DNA of 64,000 bases from an uncultured delta proteobacterium (GTDB lineage Bacteria > Desulfobacterota > Desulfuromonadia > Geobacterales > DSM-12255): NCBI GenBank assembly GCA_963810975.1, contig CAWEPN010000004.1:1157-65156 (forward strand), given 5' to 3'. Shown in pieces: positions 21,674 through 32,947 of this stretch (position 1 is its first letter; the number at the start of each line of letters is the position of its first letter). Position numbers and translations under genes: made by a program. Under the pieces are notes generated by a model. The model worked only from the letters and a program-made list of their open reading frames with translations, was not told the DNA's origin and did not search any database.

Positions 21674-23110
21674 ATGGAAAAACAGGTCAGAAAGACAAAA
21701 ATAGTAGCCACACTTGGCCCTTCGAGTTCCAGGCCAGAACAGATCGCAAAACTGGTCGATGCCGGCGTAGATCTTTTTCGGCTGAATTTCTCCCACGGCG
21801 CCAATGACGACAAGGCGAAAGTAATTGATATCATCAGAAATGTTGCCGAGCGTAAGAAAAAGGCGATCGGCATTCTGGCAGATCTTCAGGGGCCAAAGAT
21901 ACGGACAGGGCGGATGGAGAACGGCGCCATTTCGTTGCGCAAGGGTGACAGCATCTCCATAACGACTGATGAAGTCAAGGGTCGCCCCGGTCTGATATCG
22001 ACGATCTACAAGGCGCTGCCGACGGATGTCAAGCCTGGCTCAAGGATTCTGCTTGATGATGGTCTGATAGAGTTCAAAGTTCAGTCAATTGAAGGGAATA
22101 CTGTGCACTGCACGGTTATCGAGGGGGGGGTGCTGAAAGACCTCAAAGGGATCAACCTCCCCGGAGTAAATGTCTCCAGCCCGTCGCTGACTCCAAAAGA
22201 CCGGATTGACCTTGAGTTCTGCCTGGATAAAGGCGTTGACTATATTGCGCTCTCGTTTGTACGCAAGGCAGAGGATGTGGAGGATATCAAGCGGATAATC
22301 CACGGGCGAGGACTCTCAATACCGATAATCGCCAAGATAGAGAAACCTGAGGCGATAAAGAATTTTAACTCTATCCTTAAAGTCTCTGATGCAATTATGG
22401 TGGCGCGCGGGGATCTAGGAGTCGAGATAAATGCGGAGAAAGTGCCGCTTATTCAGAAAAATATCATCAGAGCCTGTAATGAGGCCGGCAAGCCGGTCAT
22501 AACGGCGACACAGATGCTGGAATCGATGATTCTGCACCCACGTCCGACCCGGGCGGAGACATCCGATGTTGCCAATGCGATCTTGGACGGCACTGACGCT
22601 GTCATGCTTTCAGGGGAAACAGCCTCCGGAAGCTATCCTGTCGAAGCTGTCAGGACAATGGTGAAGATTGCTCTGGATGTGGAGCGAAGCGGCCTCTGGA
22701 GCGTACTCTCAACTGATTCGCAGAAAAAAGGGAGAAGCGTTGCAACTGCAGTTGCCGAAGCTGCCTGCCATGCAGCGGCAGCGGTGAATGCCAGGGCAGT
22801 AGTTGTTTTTACCCAGTCGGGCGGCACCGCCGCACTGATATCCAAGAACAGGCCGCAACTGCCGATAATCGCTTTTGCCCCTTCCGAGGACATCCGCCGC
22901 CGTTTGGCGCTTTACTGGGGGGTAAGATCTCTTCCGGTCGGAGCGATGAGCGACTCGGATCAGCAGATTGCGCTTGTCGATGCGACAATGCTGGCGACAG
23001 GTTTCGGCAAAAAAGGGGATCTCGTTGTCATAACCATGGGCGTTCCGCTTGGGAGTCTCGGCTCGACAAACCTGATGAAGGTGCATACGCTCGGTTCTAA
23101 TGTGGCTTGA
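21674..23110 (+). CDS. pyk: Pyruvate kinase
   Basis: KIVATLGPSS, the NFSHG motif and a full PK barrel plus C-terminal domain. 478 aa. Confidence 0.9.
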   Translation: MEKQVRKTKIVATLGPSSSRPEQIAKLVDAGVDLFRLNFSHGANDDKAKVIDIIRNVAERKKKAIGILADLQGPKIRTGRMENGAISLRKGDSISITTDEVKGRPGLISTIYKALPTDVKPGSRILLDDGLIEFKVQSIEGNTVHCTVIEGGVLKDLKGINLPGVNVSSPSLTPKDRIDLEFCLDKGVDYIALSFVRKAEDVEDIKRIIHGRGLSIPIIAKIEKPEAIKNFNSILKVSDAIMVARGDLGVEINAEKVPLIQKNIIRACNEAGKPVITATQMLESMILHPRPTRAETSDVANAILDGTDAVMLSGETASGSYPVEAVRTMVKIALDVERSGLWSVLSTDSQKKGRSVATAVAEAACHAAAAVNARAVVVFTQSGGTAALISKNRPQLPIIAFAPSEDIRRRLALYWGVRSLPVGAMSDSDQQIALVDATMLATGFGKKGDLVVITMGVPLGSLGSTNLMKVHTLGSNVA

Positions 23111-23139
23111 CAGTTGAAGGACAAGAACTCTGCATAAGA

Positions 23140-23167
23140 AAGCCCTCGAATATTGAGGGCTTTTTTC
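23140..23167 (+). terminator. Rho-independent terminator after pyk
   Basis: AGCCCTCGAATATTGAGGGCT followed by TTTTTT. Confidence 0.75.
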
Positions 23168-23181
23168 GTCAAAAGCATCTA

Positions 23182-23338
23182 TTTAAACACAGAGCACACA
23201 GAGACACCGAGAAAACAGATTAACAGATTCAAATGGTATCGCTTGAAGTCATTTAAACAAATGTTACTTTTCGTTGAAGACAACAAGATTATTTTTTCAA
23301 TGATTTCCTCTGTGTCTCACTGTCTCTGTGTTGAATAG
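23182..23338. repeat. CACAGAG-type palindromic intergenic element, copy 9
   Basis: TTTAAACACAGAGCACACAGAGACACCGAGAAAACAG ... TTTCCTCTGTGTCTCACTGTCTCTGTGTTGAATAG. Confidence 0.75.
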
Positions 23339-23355
23339 CTTTTTCAGATTTAATT

Positions 23356-25638
23356 GTGTTTGGAGTTTATATCAAACGTCTCCGCATCAAAATAAACGGT
23401 ATCGTCCAAGGGGTCGGCTTCAGACCCTTTGTCTTCAGGCTTGCCCAGAAAATGGCGTTGACAGGGTGGGCGCAGAACGGTTCTGAAGGGGTGCTGATCG
23501 AGGTTCAAGGGGACGAGCCTCTCCTGCATGAGTTTCTTCGTCTTCTCGAATCTGAAGCTCCGCCCCTGTCGTTGGTAGCATCTATAGCAACAGCTGAGAT
23601 TCCTGCAACTCCAGAGAGCGACTTCAGGATAATCGAAAGCAGCACAGGCAGTGGCAGCACCCTCGTTTCCCCTGATTGCGACGTCTGTCCGGACTGCTTG
23701 CGCGAGCTATTCGATCCAACCGACCGTCGTTACCTCTATCCGTTCATCAACTGCACCAACTGCGGTCCCCGCTATTCGATCATAACCACTACTCCCTACG
23801 ACAGACCGAATACCACCATGGCTGACTTTCCGCTCTGTCCGGATTGCGCGCGGGAGTACCGCGACCCGAATGATCGTCGTTTCCATGCCCAGCCGATTGC
23901 CTGTCCGGTCTGTGGCCCCGTACTGACCCTTTTTGATGCAGCCGGTGAGCCATTGCCAGCAGAGCCATTGGCAACAACAGTGAAGATGCTGCGTGACGGA
24001 GCTATAGTCGCAGTCAAAGGGATTGGCGGTTATCATCTGGCGGTTGATCCTTGTAATGCTGCTGCGGTAGAAAAGCTGCGCAGAAGGAAACGTCGGGATG
24101 AAAAACCGTTTGCGCTGCTGACTGATTCTGTTGAAAAAGCGAAGAAACTTGCTCATATAAACCGGACTGAGGAGCTTTTCCTTCTTGGCCCGGAGCGGCC
24201 GATAATGCTTCTGCGGAAGCGGCCAGGGAATATGGTCGCGGCAGAAGTTGCGCCTGCCAACGATTATTTCGGTATTATGCTCCCTTCTGCTCCGCTTCAT
24301 TATCTGCTGTTGAGAGACAACTTTGCGGCACTGGTAATGACCAGCGCAAACCTGTCTGACGAGCCGATTATCTATAAAGATGCGGATGCCGTGGGGCAAC
24401 TTTCCGGGATTGCCGACTTTTACCTGAGTCATAACCGGCAGATATATGCACCTTCCGACGACTCTGTTATCAGGACCTTCCGGACACATCCCCTTATGCT
24501 GCGGCGCTCAAGAGGGTACGTCCCCCGACCGGTAATGATTCCCGAGATAGGCGGATCTGTCCTCGCCCTTGGTGCCGAGCTGAAGTCAGCTGTTTGTCTG
24601 GCAAGCGCTGATCAGGCATTTCTCAGCCGGCATCTGGGGGATTTAAAGAGTGCGGCGACAATGGCAGCTTTTGCAGAGAGTATTGATAGCTTGGAAAAGA
24701 TAACCGGCATTAAGCCGCAACTTTTCGCTCATGACCTTCACCCTGACTATCATTCGACTGTATTTGCCGCAACTCTGCCCGGCAAGAAAATTCCGGTACA
24801 GCACCACCATGCCCATCTGGCCTCCTGTATGGCCGAGAACCGTCTTGAAGGGGACGTTATAGGCGTTATTTTCGATGGCGCCGGTTACGGAACTGATGGC
24901 ACGATATGGGGGGGCGAGTTTCTAGCGGGTGGGTACAGTCAGTTCAAACGGGTCGGACATCTGCGGCAGATGGCCATGCCAGGCGGCGATGCGGCTGCCA
25001 GAGAACCTTGCCGGATGGCGATTTCCCTGCTGTACCAGTTGCACGGGGCAGAGCTGTTTGACCTCCCCTTCCGGTTTTTGCAGGATGTGCCACGGGATCA
25101 GCAGAAACTCTTTATTCAGATCCTGCAAAAAGGGATAAACTCCCCTTTGACTTCCAGTTGCGGCCGCCTCTTTGATGCCGTCGCCGCAGTTCTCGGGCTA
25201 AGGAACAGCATAAGTTATGAGGGGCAGGCGGCTATTGAGCTGGAAGGGGAGGCTGAAAAGGGGGTCTGTGTTGATCCTTATCAATTTGGGATTATGAGAA
25301 GCGGGGGAGGTATTATTCTCGACTGGCTACCGTTGCTAAAAGGGGTCGTCGAAGATCAGCTGGCCGGACGGAGGCGCTGCGATATTGCCGCCGCGTTTCA
25401 CCACACTCTGGCGCTTGCCGCAGCCGCAGTCTGCCGGGAAATACGCTCTGACAGTGGTCTCGACAGGGTAGCGCTTTCAGGCGGCGTTTTCCAGAACAGG
25501 CTCCTCAGTGAGGAGTTGGTGATCCTTCTCGAAAAAGATGGTTTCAAGGTATATACTCATCGACTGGTCCCCCCCAATGACGGCGGACTGGCGCTGGGGC
25601 AGGCAATAATAGCGGGGAGGAGTCAGAAATGTGTGTAG
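23356..25638 (+). CDS. hypF: [NiFe]-hydrogenase maturation carbamoyltransferase HypF
   Basis: Acylphosphatase domain (VQGVGFRPFV), two Zn-finger pairs (CxxC), YrdC and Kae1-like domains. 760 aa. GTG start. Confidence 0.88.
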   Translation: MFGVYIKRLRIKINGIVQGVGFRPFVFRLAQKMALTGWAQNGSEGVLIEVQGDEPLLHEFLRLLESEAPPLSLVASIATAEIPATPESDFRIIESSTGSGSTLVSPDCDVCPDCLRELFDPTDRRYLYPFINCTNCGPRYSIITTTPYDRPNTTMADFPLCPDCAREYRDPNDRRFHAQPIACPVCGPVLTLFDAAGEPLPAEPLATTVKMLRDGAIVAVKGIGGYHLAVDPCNAAAVEKLRRRKRRDEKPFALLTDSVEKAKKLAHINRTEELFLLGPERPIMLLRKRPGNMVAAEVAPANDYFGIMLPSAPLHYLLLRDNFAALVMTSANLSDEPIIYKDADAVGQLSGIADFYLSHNRQIYAPSDDSVIRTFRTHPLMLRRSRGYVPRPVMIPEIGGSVLALGAELKSAVCLASADQAFLSRHLGDLKSAATMAAFAESIDSLEKITGIKPQLFAHDLHPDYHSTVFAATLPGKKIPVQHHHAHLASCMAENRLEGDVIGVIFDGAGYGTDGTIWGGEFLAGGYSQFKRVGHLRQMAMPGGDAAAREPCRMAISLLYQLHGAELFDLPFRFLQDVPRDQQKLFIQILQKGINSPLTSSCGRLFDAVAAVLGLRNSISYEGQAAIELEGEAEKGVCVDPYQFGIMRSGGGIILDWLPLLKGVVEDQLAGRRRCDIAAAFHHTLALAAAAVCREIRSDSGLDRVALSGGVFQNRLLSEELVILLEKDGFKVYTHRLVPPNDGGLALGQAIIAGRSQKCV

Positions 25639-25859
25639 GGGTGCCGATGCAGGTTATCAGTATTGACGGTGACGATATTGTCGCCGAAGTCGATGGTGTT
25701 CGTCGCAGTGCCAGCCTGATGATGCTGGGTGATGAGGTCAAAATCGGCGATTTTCTCATCATTCATGCCGGGTTTGCCATTTCGAAGCTGGATGAAGAGG
25801 AGGCGCGGGAAACGCTTGAAAATGATGCGGGAAGTGTTTTCGGAAGAGGATATGCATAG
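25629..25859 (+). CDS. hypC: Hydrogenase maturation factor HypC
   Basis: MCVGVPMQV N-terminus, 76 aa. Overlaps the hypF stop. Confidence 0.85.
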   Translation: MCVGVPMQVISIDGDDIVAEVDGVRRSASLMMLGDEVKIGDFLIIHAGFAISKLDEEEARETLENDAGSVFGRGYA

Positions 25860-25867
25860 TTGAGAGC

Positions 25868-25985
25868 TGTAGAGCTGCAGGTATTCTAAGCTCATTCCGC
25901 TACAGCAGATAAACTCGCTTCGCTCAGACAGTATCTGCTGTATGCTGCATTTCGCCAAGAATTGCCACGAACAGCCGAGGCTCTC
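25868..25985 (+). repeat. Family-B structured repeat, core-only copy, in the hypC-hypD spacer
   Basis: AAGCTCATTCCGCTACAGCAGATAAACTCGCTTCGCTCAGACAGTATCTGCTGTATGCTGCATTTCGCCAAGAATTGC. Contains the ACAGCAGATA/TATCTGCTGT stem. Confidence 0.55.
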
Positions 25986-26017
25986 ACAGGCATCTCAACT
26001 ACTGCATCGAGGTGACT

Positions 26018-27097
26018 ATGAACTACCAGGATGAATTCCGCCAGAAAGAGCTGTGCAGGGGCTGGGCGGATTCGAGCTTGTCTCCGGCTGCGCACGATGA
26101 ACTTTATGGAGGTTTGCGGCACCCATACCATGGCGATCTACCGCTTCGGACTGCGCTCCCTGCTCCCCCCCGAGATAAAGCTCATTTCCGGTCCCGGTTG
26201 TCCGGTCTGTGTCACCCCCAATGATTACCTGGATCGGGCAATAGCCATCTGTCGGCTTCCTGAAGTTATAACCGTTACCTTTGGCGATATGATGCGAGTG
26301 CCGGGTTCGAGCGCATCACTCCTCGAAGAGCGGGCAAAAGGGGCGGATATCCGGATTGTCTATTCGCCTCTCGATGCTGTAGCGATAGCGGCAAAGAACC
26401 GTGAAAAAAAAGTGGTCTTCCTCGGGGTAGGGTTTGAAACAACCGCACCGACGATTGCCGGCAGCATACTGACAGCCGAGGCGCAGGGGCTTGCCAACTA
26501 TTTTGTCCTGGCGGCGAACAAGACTATCCCTATTCCAATGCAGGTGCTGGCTGCCGACCCGGAGATTGCCATCGATGGCTATATCTGTCCGGCTCATGTC
26601 AGCGCGATCATCGGTGCGGATGCCTATAAACCGCTGGCTGAAAAATTCATACCCCGTGCGTAATTACCGGCTTTGAGCCGGCTGACATGCTCCAGGGGAT
26701 CCTCATGCTGGCGGGGCAGCTGCTGGCCGGTGAAAGCCGGGTCGAAATCCAGTACAGCCGGGTGGTGCGGCCGGAAGGGAACCTGAAGGCTCAGGCAATG
26801 CTTGCGAAGATGTTCGACCCTTGCGATGTCTCGTGGCGCGGTATCGGTGTAATTCCAGGCAGCGGGTTGCGGATCAGGGATGAGTACAGCCGTTTTGATG
26901 CTGCAAAGATGATTCAGGTTGAGGTTGAACCGACAAAAGAACATCCTGGCTGTTCGTGCGGCGAGATTCTTAAGGGGAAGATGCAGCCGAACGAGTGCGC
27001 ACTCTTCGGCAATATCTGCACTCCCGAGAGTCCTGTCGGCGCCTGCATGGTGTCCAGCGAAGGGAGTTGCGCGGCTGCGTACCGGTATGGTCAGTAG
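26018..27097 (+). CDS. hypD: Hydrogenase maturation factor HypD; two apparent frameshifts
   Basis: MNYQDEFRQKELCRGW, then MEVCGTHTMAI...GPGCPVCVTP, then ...CSCGEILKG...CTPESPVGACMVSSEGSCAAAY. Track ORFs 26012, 26031 and 26687 are successive pieces. GAGGTG RBS before the ATG at 26018. Confidence 0.7.
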
Positions 27098-27130
27098 ACA
27101 GAAGACAGAAGACAGGAGACAGAAGGATTC
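27095..27130. repeat. Short tandem heptamer (AGACAGA/AGACAGG) x about 4
   Basis: AGACAGAAGACAGAAGACAGGAGACAGAAGG, immediately after hypD. Confidence 0.5.
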
Positions 27131-27186
27131 AGGCGTGCTTTTCTCCTGAATACTGTATTCTGACTTCTGTTTTCCAGGGAGATTCA

Positions 27187-28431
27187 ATGAAACGCGTTGT
27201 CATAGCCGGTATGGGATTCGGCGGTGTCCGGGCAGCCCGGGAGCTTGCAGGTCAGGGGGTCGAACTTATTCTTGTTGACCGCAATAATTATCATCTTTTT
27301 CAGCCGCTTCTCTACCAGGTGGCGACTGCTGGCCTTGAACAGGAGTCTATCGCCTATCCGATCCGGGCCATGGCGCGAAGCTGGCCGGGGGCCCGTTTTC
27401 TGCTGGCAGAGGTGACCGGCGCGGATCTTGATGCCAAGGAGCTGCAAACTTCTGCCGGAACCATCGCGTACGATTACCTGATTGTCGGCGGCGGCAGCGT
27501 CACCAACTATTTCGGCAACGAATCAATAGCCCGCCATGCGTTTGACCTGAAAAAACTTGCCGATGCCGAACAGCTCCGCAATCATATCCTCTGGTCGTGT
27601 GAAAAGGCTGCCGCTGAAAAAGACCCTGAGCGGCGCCGGGCGCTGATGACCTTTGTTATTGTCGGGGGCGGTCCGACCGGCGTTGAATTTTCCGGAGCAC
27701 TGGTTGAGCTGATTCATTTTGTCATATCCAAGGATTATCCCGAACTGCAGTCGCGCGAGTCACGCGTTCTGCTCGTAGAAGCTGCTGACAGGATACTGTT
27801 GGCAATGCCGGAAAAACTCTCCCGTTATTCGGAAAACAAGCTTCGCAAGATGGGGGTTGAACTGATGTTCGGCCGTAAAGTTGTCGGCGCGACGGCCGAG
27901 ACAGTTGAGCTTGACGGCGGAGAGATCATTGCTGCGCACACTCTCTTCTGGTCAGCAGGTGTCTGTGCCGCCCCGCTTGCCGGGATCCTCGGCCTGCCGC
28001 AGGGGGCGGGGGGGAGAGTTCCTGTCGAGGCCGATCTTTCGGTCAGAGATCGTCAGGATGTTTTTGTAGTCGGCGACATGGCGCTTTTTGAACAGGACGG
28101 AGCACTGCTCCCTATGGTCGCGCCAGTGGCGATGCAGATGGGAATTCATGCGGCAAAAACCATTCTGGGCAGAGAGTGGGAACGGCCTGTTGCACCGTTT
28201 CGCTACAATGACAAGGGGAGCATGGCTACCATCGGCAGGAGCGCCGCAGTGGCAACCACTCATGGTCTGAATCTGACCGGCTACCCGGCCTGGCTGGCGT
28301 GGCTGCTGCTTCACCTCTACTATCTGATCGGCTTTCGTAACCGGACAGTGGTGATGCTGAACTGGGCTTATTACTACTGGTTCCATGAGCGGCAGGTAAG
28401 GTTGATTACGGACAGCAAGAAGACAGACTGA
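27187..28431 (+). CDS. ndh: Type II NADH dehydrogenase (NDH-2)
   Basis: MKRVVIAGMGFGGV Rossmann motif and a second dinucleotide fold VIVGGGPTGVEF. 414 aa from the ATG at 27187. Confidence 0.85.
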   Translation: MKRVVIAGMGFGGVRAARELAGQGVELILVDRNNYHLFQPLLYQVATAGLEQESIAYPIRAMARSWPGARFLLAEVTGADLDAKELQTSAGTIAYDYLIVGGGSVTNYFGNESIARHAFDLKKLADAEQLRNHILWSCEKAAAEKDPERRRALMTFVIVGGGPTGVEFSGALVELIHFVISKDYPELQSRESRVLLVEAADRILLAMPEKLSRYSENKLRKMGVELMFGRKVVGATAETVELDGGEIIAAHTLFWSAGVCAAPLAGILGLPQGAGGRVPVEADLSVRDRQDVFVVGDMALFEQDGALLPMVAPVAMQMGIHAAKTILGREWERPVAPFRYNDKGSMATIGRSAAVATTHGLNLTGYPAWLAWLLLHLYYLIGFRNRTVVMLNWAYYYWFHERQVRLITDSKKTD

Positions 28432-28536
28432 TTCATTGTTCCGGGCTGATCTTGGTAGCTTTGGTTATAATGTTTAGATCAGCTTGACGCACTTACGAGT
28501 TGAATTCATTATTTTCGTTCTTGCGCATCTGGTCTT

Positions 28537-31500
28537 TCAAACGGGGTCGGCAATGGCGGCGTAAATCTGATCCATGCTGGCGTAGCTTGAGCCCTGCTTG
28601 CGCATATGGTTTTGTATCGCCTCCAGCCGCAGCCGGATGCTTTCTTCGGCCATCTTGCGCAGTGTGGCGGCTTGCTGGTCGATCTCTTCTCTGGCTATGG
28701 GTGAATCTGTCAGGGAGATGGGGGCCAGTTCGATATTGAGCCGGTTCCTGCAAAAACTCCGGAGAAGCTGCAGGTGGTTCTCGCCGAAGGAGAATACCTC
28801 GGGGACCAGTGAAGAGAAGCTGTAGACCGGCAGCACGTCCTTGCCGAGTTGCCGGTAAGAGTCAAGCAGTTCCGGTTCCAGGTCGAAGTAGTTCTTCACC
28901 GGCATATACATGCGCTGCAGATACTGCAGGACTTTCTCGGTCTTTTTGCGGTGACCGCCGATGATCACTGATGCGCCGATCTCCCCTTTGTTCGCCCCTT
29001 TGATCCAGGGTGCGCCGGTGATGCCGAAATCATTCAACACCGGCAGGTTGATTAATACCGAGAGGGTGTTGATCGCCAGGGCGAAACCGGCTGAGGGGCC
29101 GCCGACGTTATAAGAGGCGGAGAGCAGCTGGTGGTGAATCGAATAACCGTCAAGGAATTCACCCAGCAGTCGCGACATATTCACATCCGGCAGGAGTGAC
29201 TGCAGGTAGCACTCAACCAGGGTCAGCGCTTCACGGGAACTCTGGTGAGTCATCTGTACCGCCAGATCGAGTTCCGCTCCGGGGGCGGAACTGGTCGAGA
29301 CCGCGCCGGTTACGACAATCTTTTCCGGATACATCCGGTAGACCAGCGTCGAGGCGATCGGCAACAGCACGCCACTGGTATCGTTGGCGCCGACTCCGAC
29401 GACAAAACCGACCTGCGGTTCTCTGGATAATTCGGTTTCCAGGAATTCATCGAGCTGCTGTTTCCCCTTGCGCTGCGGGCTGGCAGCTAACTGCTGGCGG
29501 GCGTTAAGCAGGTGCCAGCGGGTGACCGGAAAGTCTTTATCGGTTTTTATTCCGGAGAAACAGGCGAATATTTCATCCAGCCGCTCGAGCATCCCCTCTT
29601 CCCCTTGCCGGGCCTTTTGGGTCAGGGCGCTGTTTGGGCTCAGCCCTTCAAGAAGACCGAGCAGAATCTTGTAATTGAAACGGACAAAACGGGTTTTCTC
29701 CTCGCTGTCTGCAGCGCTGGTGCTCAGCAGCTTCTGGATGACTTCCATTTCGGTGGTACGCAGGGAGCGGATCTTCTCGGCATAGGCGGTGTAGTCCGCC
29801 GGTGTTTCGCAGATGGTATTGCTCTGGCGGGTGATCTCCTCAATCGTCAGTTCGTTGGCAAGCGGGATCCCGGCCAGCGCCTGGCTGATGATCCGTGAGC
29901 GGTCCTCGTCGCGCAGATGGCCGGTGACATTCAGTACTTTAAGCCGTTTCGAGCGGATCAGCGCCGGGTCGATGATGTCCAGCCGGTTGGTGGTCAGCAC
30001 GGTAAAGACTCGATTCAACGGGGATTCGCCATCGATGATGGAAAGGAACTTGTTGGTGATCTTGTCATAAGGGCTCCCCCCCTGCGGTGAACGGCGCGGG
30101 GCTATGGCATCCCCTTCGTCGAAAAATACGATCGCCGGAGAGATCATCTTGGCGATATCGTAAATCCGTTCCAGGTTCGCCATCATCCCTTCGAGGGGGC
30201 TGTTGACATCGGTCAGATCCGAGAGATTGGCGGCAATATCCTGAACATCATGATTATTCCCCAGCCAGGCGCGGACCAAAAAGGTCTTTCCCGAACCGGG
30301 TGGCCCAGCCAGGACAACTCCTTTTTCCTCGTTGATATTGTAGAAAAGGGCGTTGTTGGCCATCTCGGAGAATTCGTTCTTGATGGTGCCAATATACTCC
30401 TTCCAATCGATGCTGCGGTCGAGCTCGCCGACTACCTTGTTGTAGAGAGAACCATGAACATTGCGCGCCACCGATTTGAGTGCGTCGCGGATCAAAAGCT
30501 GGTCATCGAGGAACTCGGTGAGAAAATGCCCCTTGATGGTAATCAGCGAGTCGATGAGTCTCCGGACATAAGACGGGGTGATACGCAGGCTGCGCTGACG
30601 AAAGATCGGATAAAGTTTTTGTACCGAGAGGTCAATTTCTTCTTCCGAGAGGTGCGGCGGTCGCTCAGCCAGGGGATCCCTAGGGTGGTTGCTCCGGCGT
30701 AGTTCCAGGCAGACCACCTCTCGCAAATTGGCCGGGTCATCCCAGATCTCGTTGACGTCGATGATCATTCCCCGCTCCACGAAACGGCGGTAGATCGCCG
30801 GATCGAACTGTTCCGGCTGATCAGTGGTGGCGATAACGATACAGTCGCGCCGACCATAGGCGATCTCATCAAGGATTATGTTCGCGGCATCGACCAGGGT
30901 GGCCTGCTGACCTTTGATTGAGCTGCGTTCGTCCGGGCGGCCGAATGCTGAATGCGCTTCTTCCAGGTGACGAATTGTCGGCATGCGCGGGTCGCCCATT
31001 GCTTTAAGCAGGTAGTTGCCCGGTTCTCCTGCCCAGGCGGTCTGATAGTCGTTCGGCGTGATAACGCCGTGATCGACCCACACCCCCTCTTCGTCGAGAG
31101 TGGAAAGGGCCTGGCTGATCCGGTTGCGGAAAAGATAGCGGATGAGCGGCAGCCGTGAGTAAAAGCGGAGTCTGGTGCGTTTGCGGCGTCGCTCGATACG
31201 GATTGCCAGTTCAGGGATCTACATCGATCAAGCTGCGCCAGATCGGTTGATCGGCCATTACCTCTTCCCGCTTGGCGTCCAGATCGACAACCGGTTTGAC
31301 TTCAGAGGAGAAGAAGGCCTCCTCGATTGCCTGCTTGACCGTGGCGCTCTTGCCGCTGCCTGAATTGCCGATCACCAGAACCAGGGGCGCACGGGGAATC
31401 AACGGATCATCACTGTATTCCTTGAGGATAAAGGCGTGATAGAGCCGGTCGAATAGCTCTTTAATCGACCTGGGCACAAAAGTGTCGACGGTTTCTTTTT

Positions 31501-32791
31501 CAAGCAGGAAGGTCAGGTAGTGGTGATCCTGGGAGTCGAGTTCCTTGGAGAGGATATGATTCCAGGCGGCAGTGGCGTCCTGTGAGCCGGCAGCTTCAAA
31601 ACGCTGGTGCCAGTCGTTGAGCAGACCCGGATTCTGCAATAGTTTGAATTCGCGTTGATCCGCTTTGAAGATACGTTGCAACCAGTTGCGAAAACGATGC
31701 GGCGCCGAGCGATTCGGTTCGTACTGGTGCAGTCGGCGCAGGACGAAACGGCGCGTTTCATTACTCCAGCCATTGACCAGATTCTCGATCTGGCGGATGC
31801 GTGTTTCCGACAGGCTGACGTAGATCGGCGTCCTAGTTCTTCTTGGGACATCGCGTTTTACCGGAACCTGAGGTTGAAGAGTGCTGGTGGAGGGGAGAGT
31901 CAACGGGACCGTCGACGCGGTATTGTTGAGAACAAAGGTGTTCTGCCCCTGTTGGTTCTTCTGATAAGCCGACGCCCACTTCTGCTGATTGAGAAAATCC
32001 AGCAGGTAAGGTTCGTTGCTGCTGCTGATGCCGAGCGCCTGGCGCATCTCCCGGATCGATTCGGTGTAGGCGGCATAGAGTTTTCTGGTCTGGCTGGCTT
32101 CCTGATCGGCTGCGTAATTATCAGCCTCGGCGATCAGCTCGCGGCGTTTTTTCTCTTCACTTGCTTCGGCCAGTTTTTCGCCGTAGCGGGTATCGCGGAG
32201 GATGAAGGAGATAATTTCGATGCCGTACTTCTGCCCCAGGGTCAATCCCCCCTCGTTGACCGGCTGATCCTTCAGTGTCCGGAAAATCTGCTCCTTAATG
32301 CGCACCCGGTCGGAGATCAGCGCGTTGATTGCTTCACCCTGCATCACGTCCTTGACGATCCCGTCGAACTCGGTCTGCAACAGTGTTTGTGGCGAACGAT
32401 TTTCAATCCCCCAGCGATTCAGATCCCGAATTCTGAAGGTCAGCATGGCACTGGTCCAGAGAGCGACATTCCCTTTCGACATGATCCGCTGTGGTTCACT
32501 GCTGTTGCCGAGGTGCATTTCCTGATTCATCAGCGGCACTTCGAGTTCCAGGCGGGTGAAGATCGGCAAGCGCAGATGCCAGCCAACGTCGGTGATCGCA
32601 ATCCGTTCCCCGGAAAGGGTTTCGAGGATGACCGCATAATTCTTGCGAATCTTATAGATGGTCTTGGTGGCGTAAATCAGCGCCACCCCGCCATAAAGAA
32701 GGACGACGGCCAGCAACAGCAAAAAGGCTTTTTTAAGAAGATTTTTCAGACGGGCGCGGTTGAGCAGGGTGGATTGCAGTTCCTGTTTCAC
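28537..32791 (-). CDS. Giant membrane-anchored SPFH(band-7)-AAA+(D1)-AAA+(D2)-Lon(S16) protease fusion, about 1375 aa; split in the track by a 1-nt frame change at 31211
   Basis: N-terminal TM helix and SPFH/prohibitin-like domain. Walker A VLVIGNSGSGKS at the end of ORF 31211-32791. The +1 frame continues uninterrupted (..IDVDP|ELAIRIERRRK..) into ORF 28537-31083, whose start carries D1 sensor-1 and Arg finger (IVIATTDQP, DPAIYRRF). D2 has GPPGSGKT, IVFFDEGDA, TTNR. Lon catalytic Ser in VGGPSAGFA (about 29081-29098) and Lys in IGGHRKKTEKV. Confidence 0.75.
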
Positions 32792-32947
32792 AATGTGACT
32801 CCAATCATAAGAAATGTGAGGCCAACAGGCAGCTACGTAAGGAACGCGGGTTAATTAATGTTATCAGCTAAAGTGTCCGTGTCAAACGCACAATATTAAA
32901 ACGGGCTGCTCGGGCCGGCTCACGGATGGCGGATGCTCCATGCTCCT

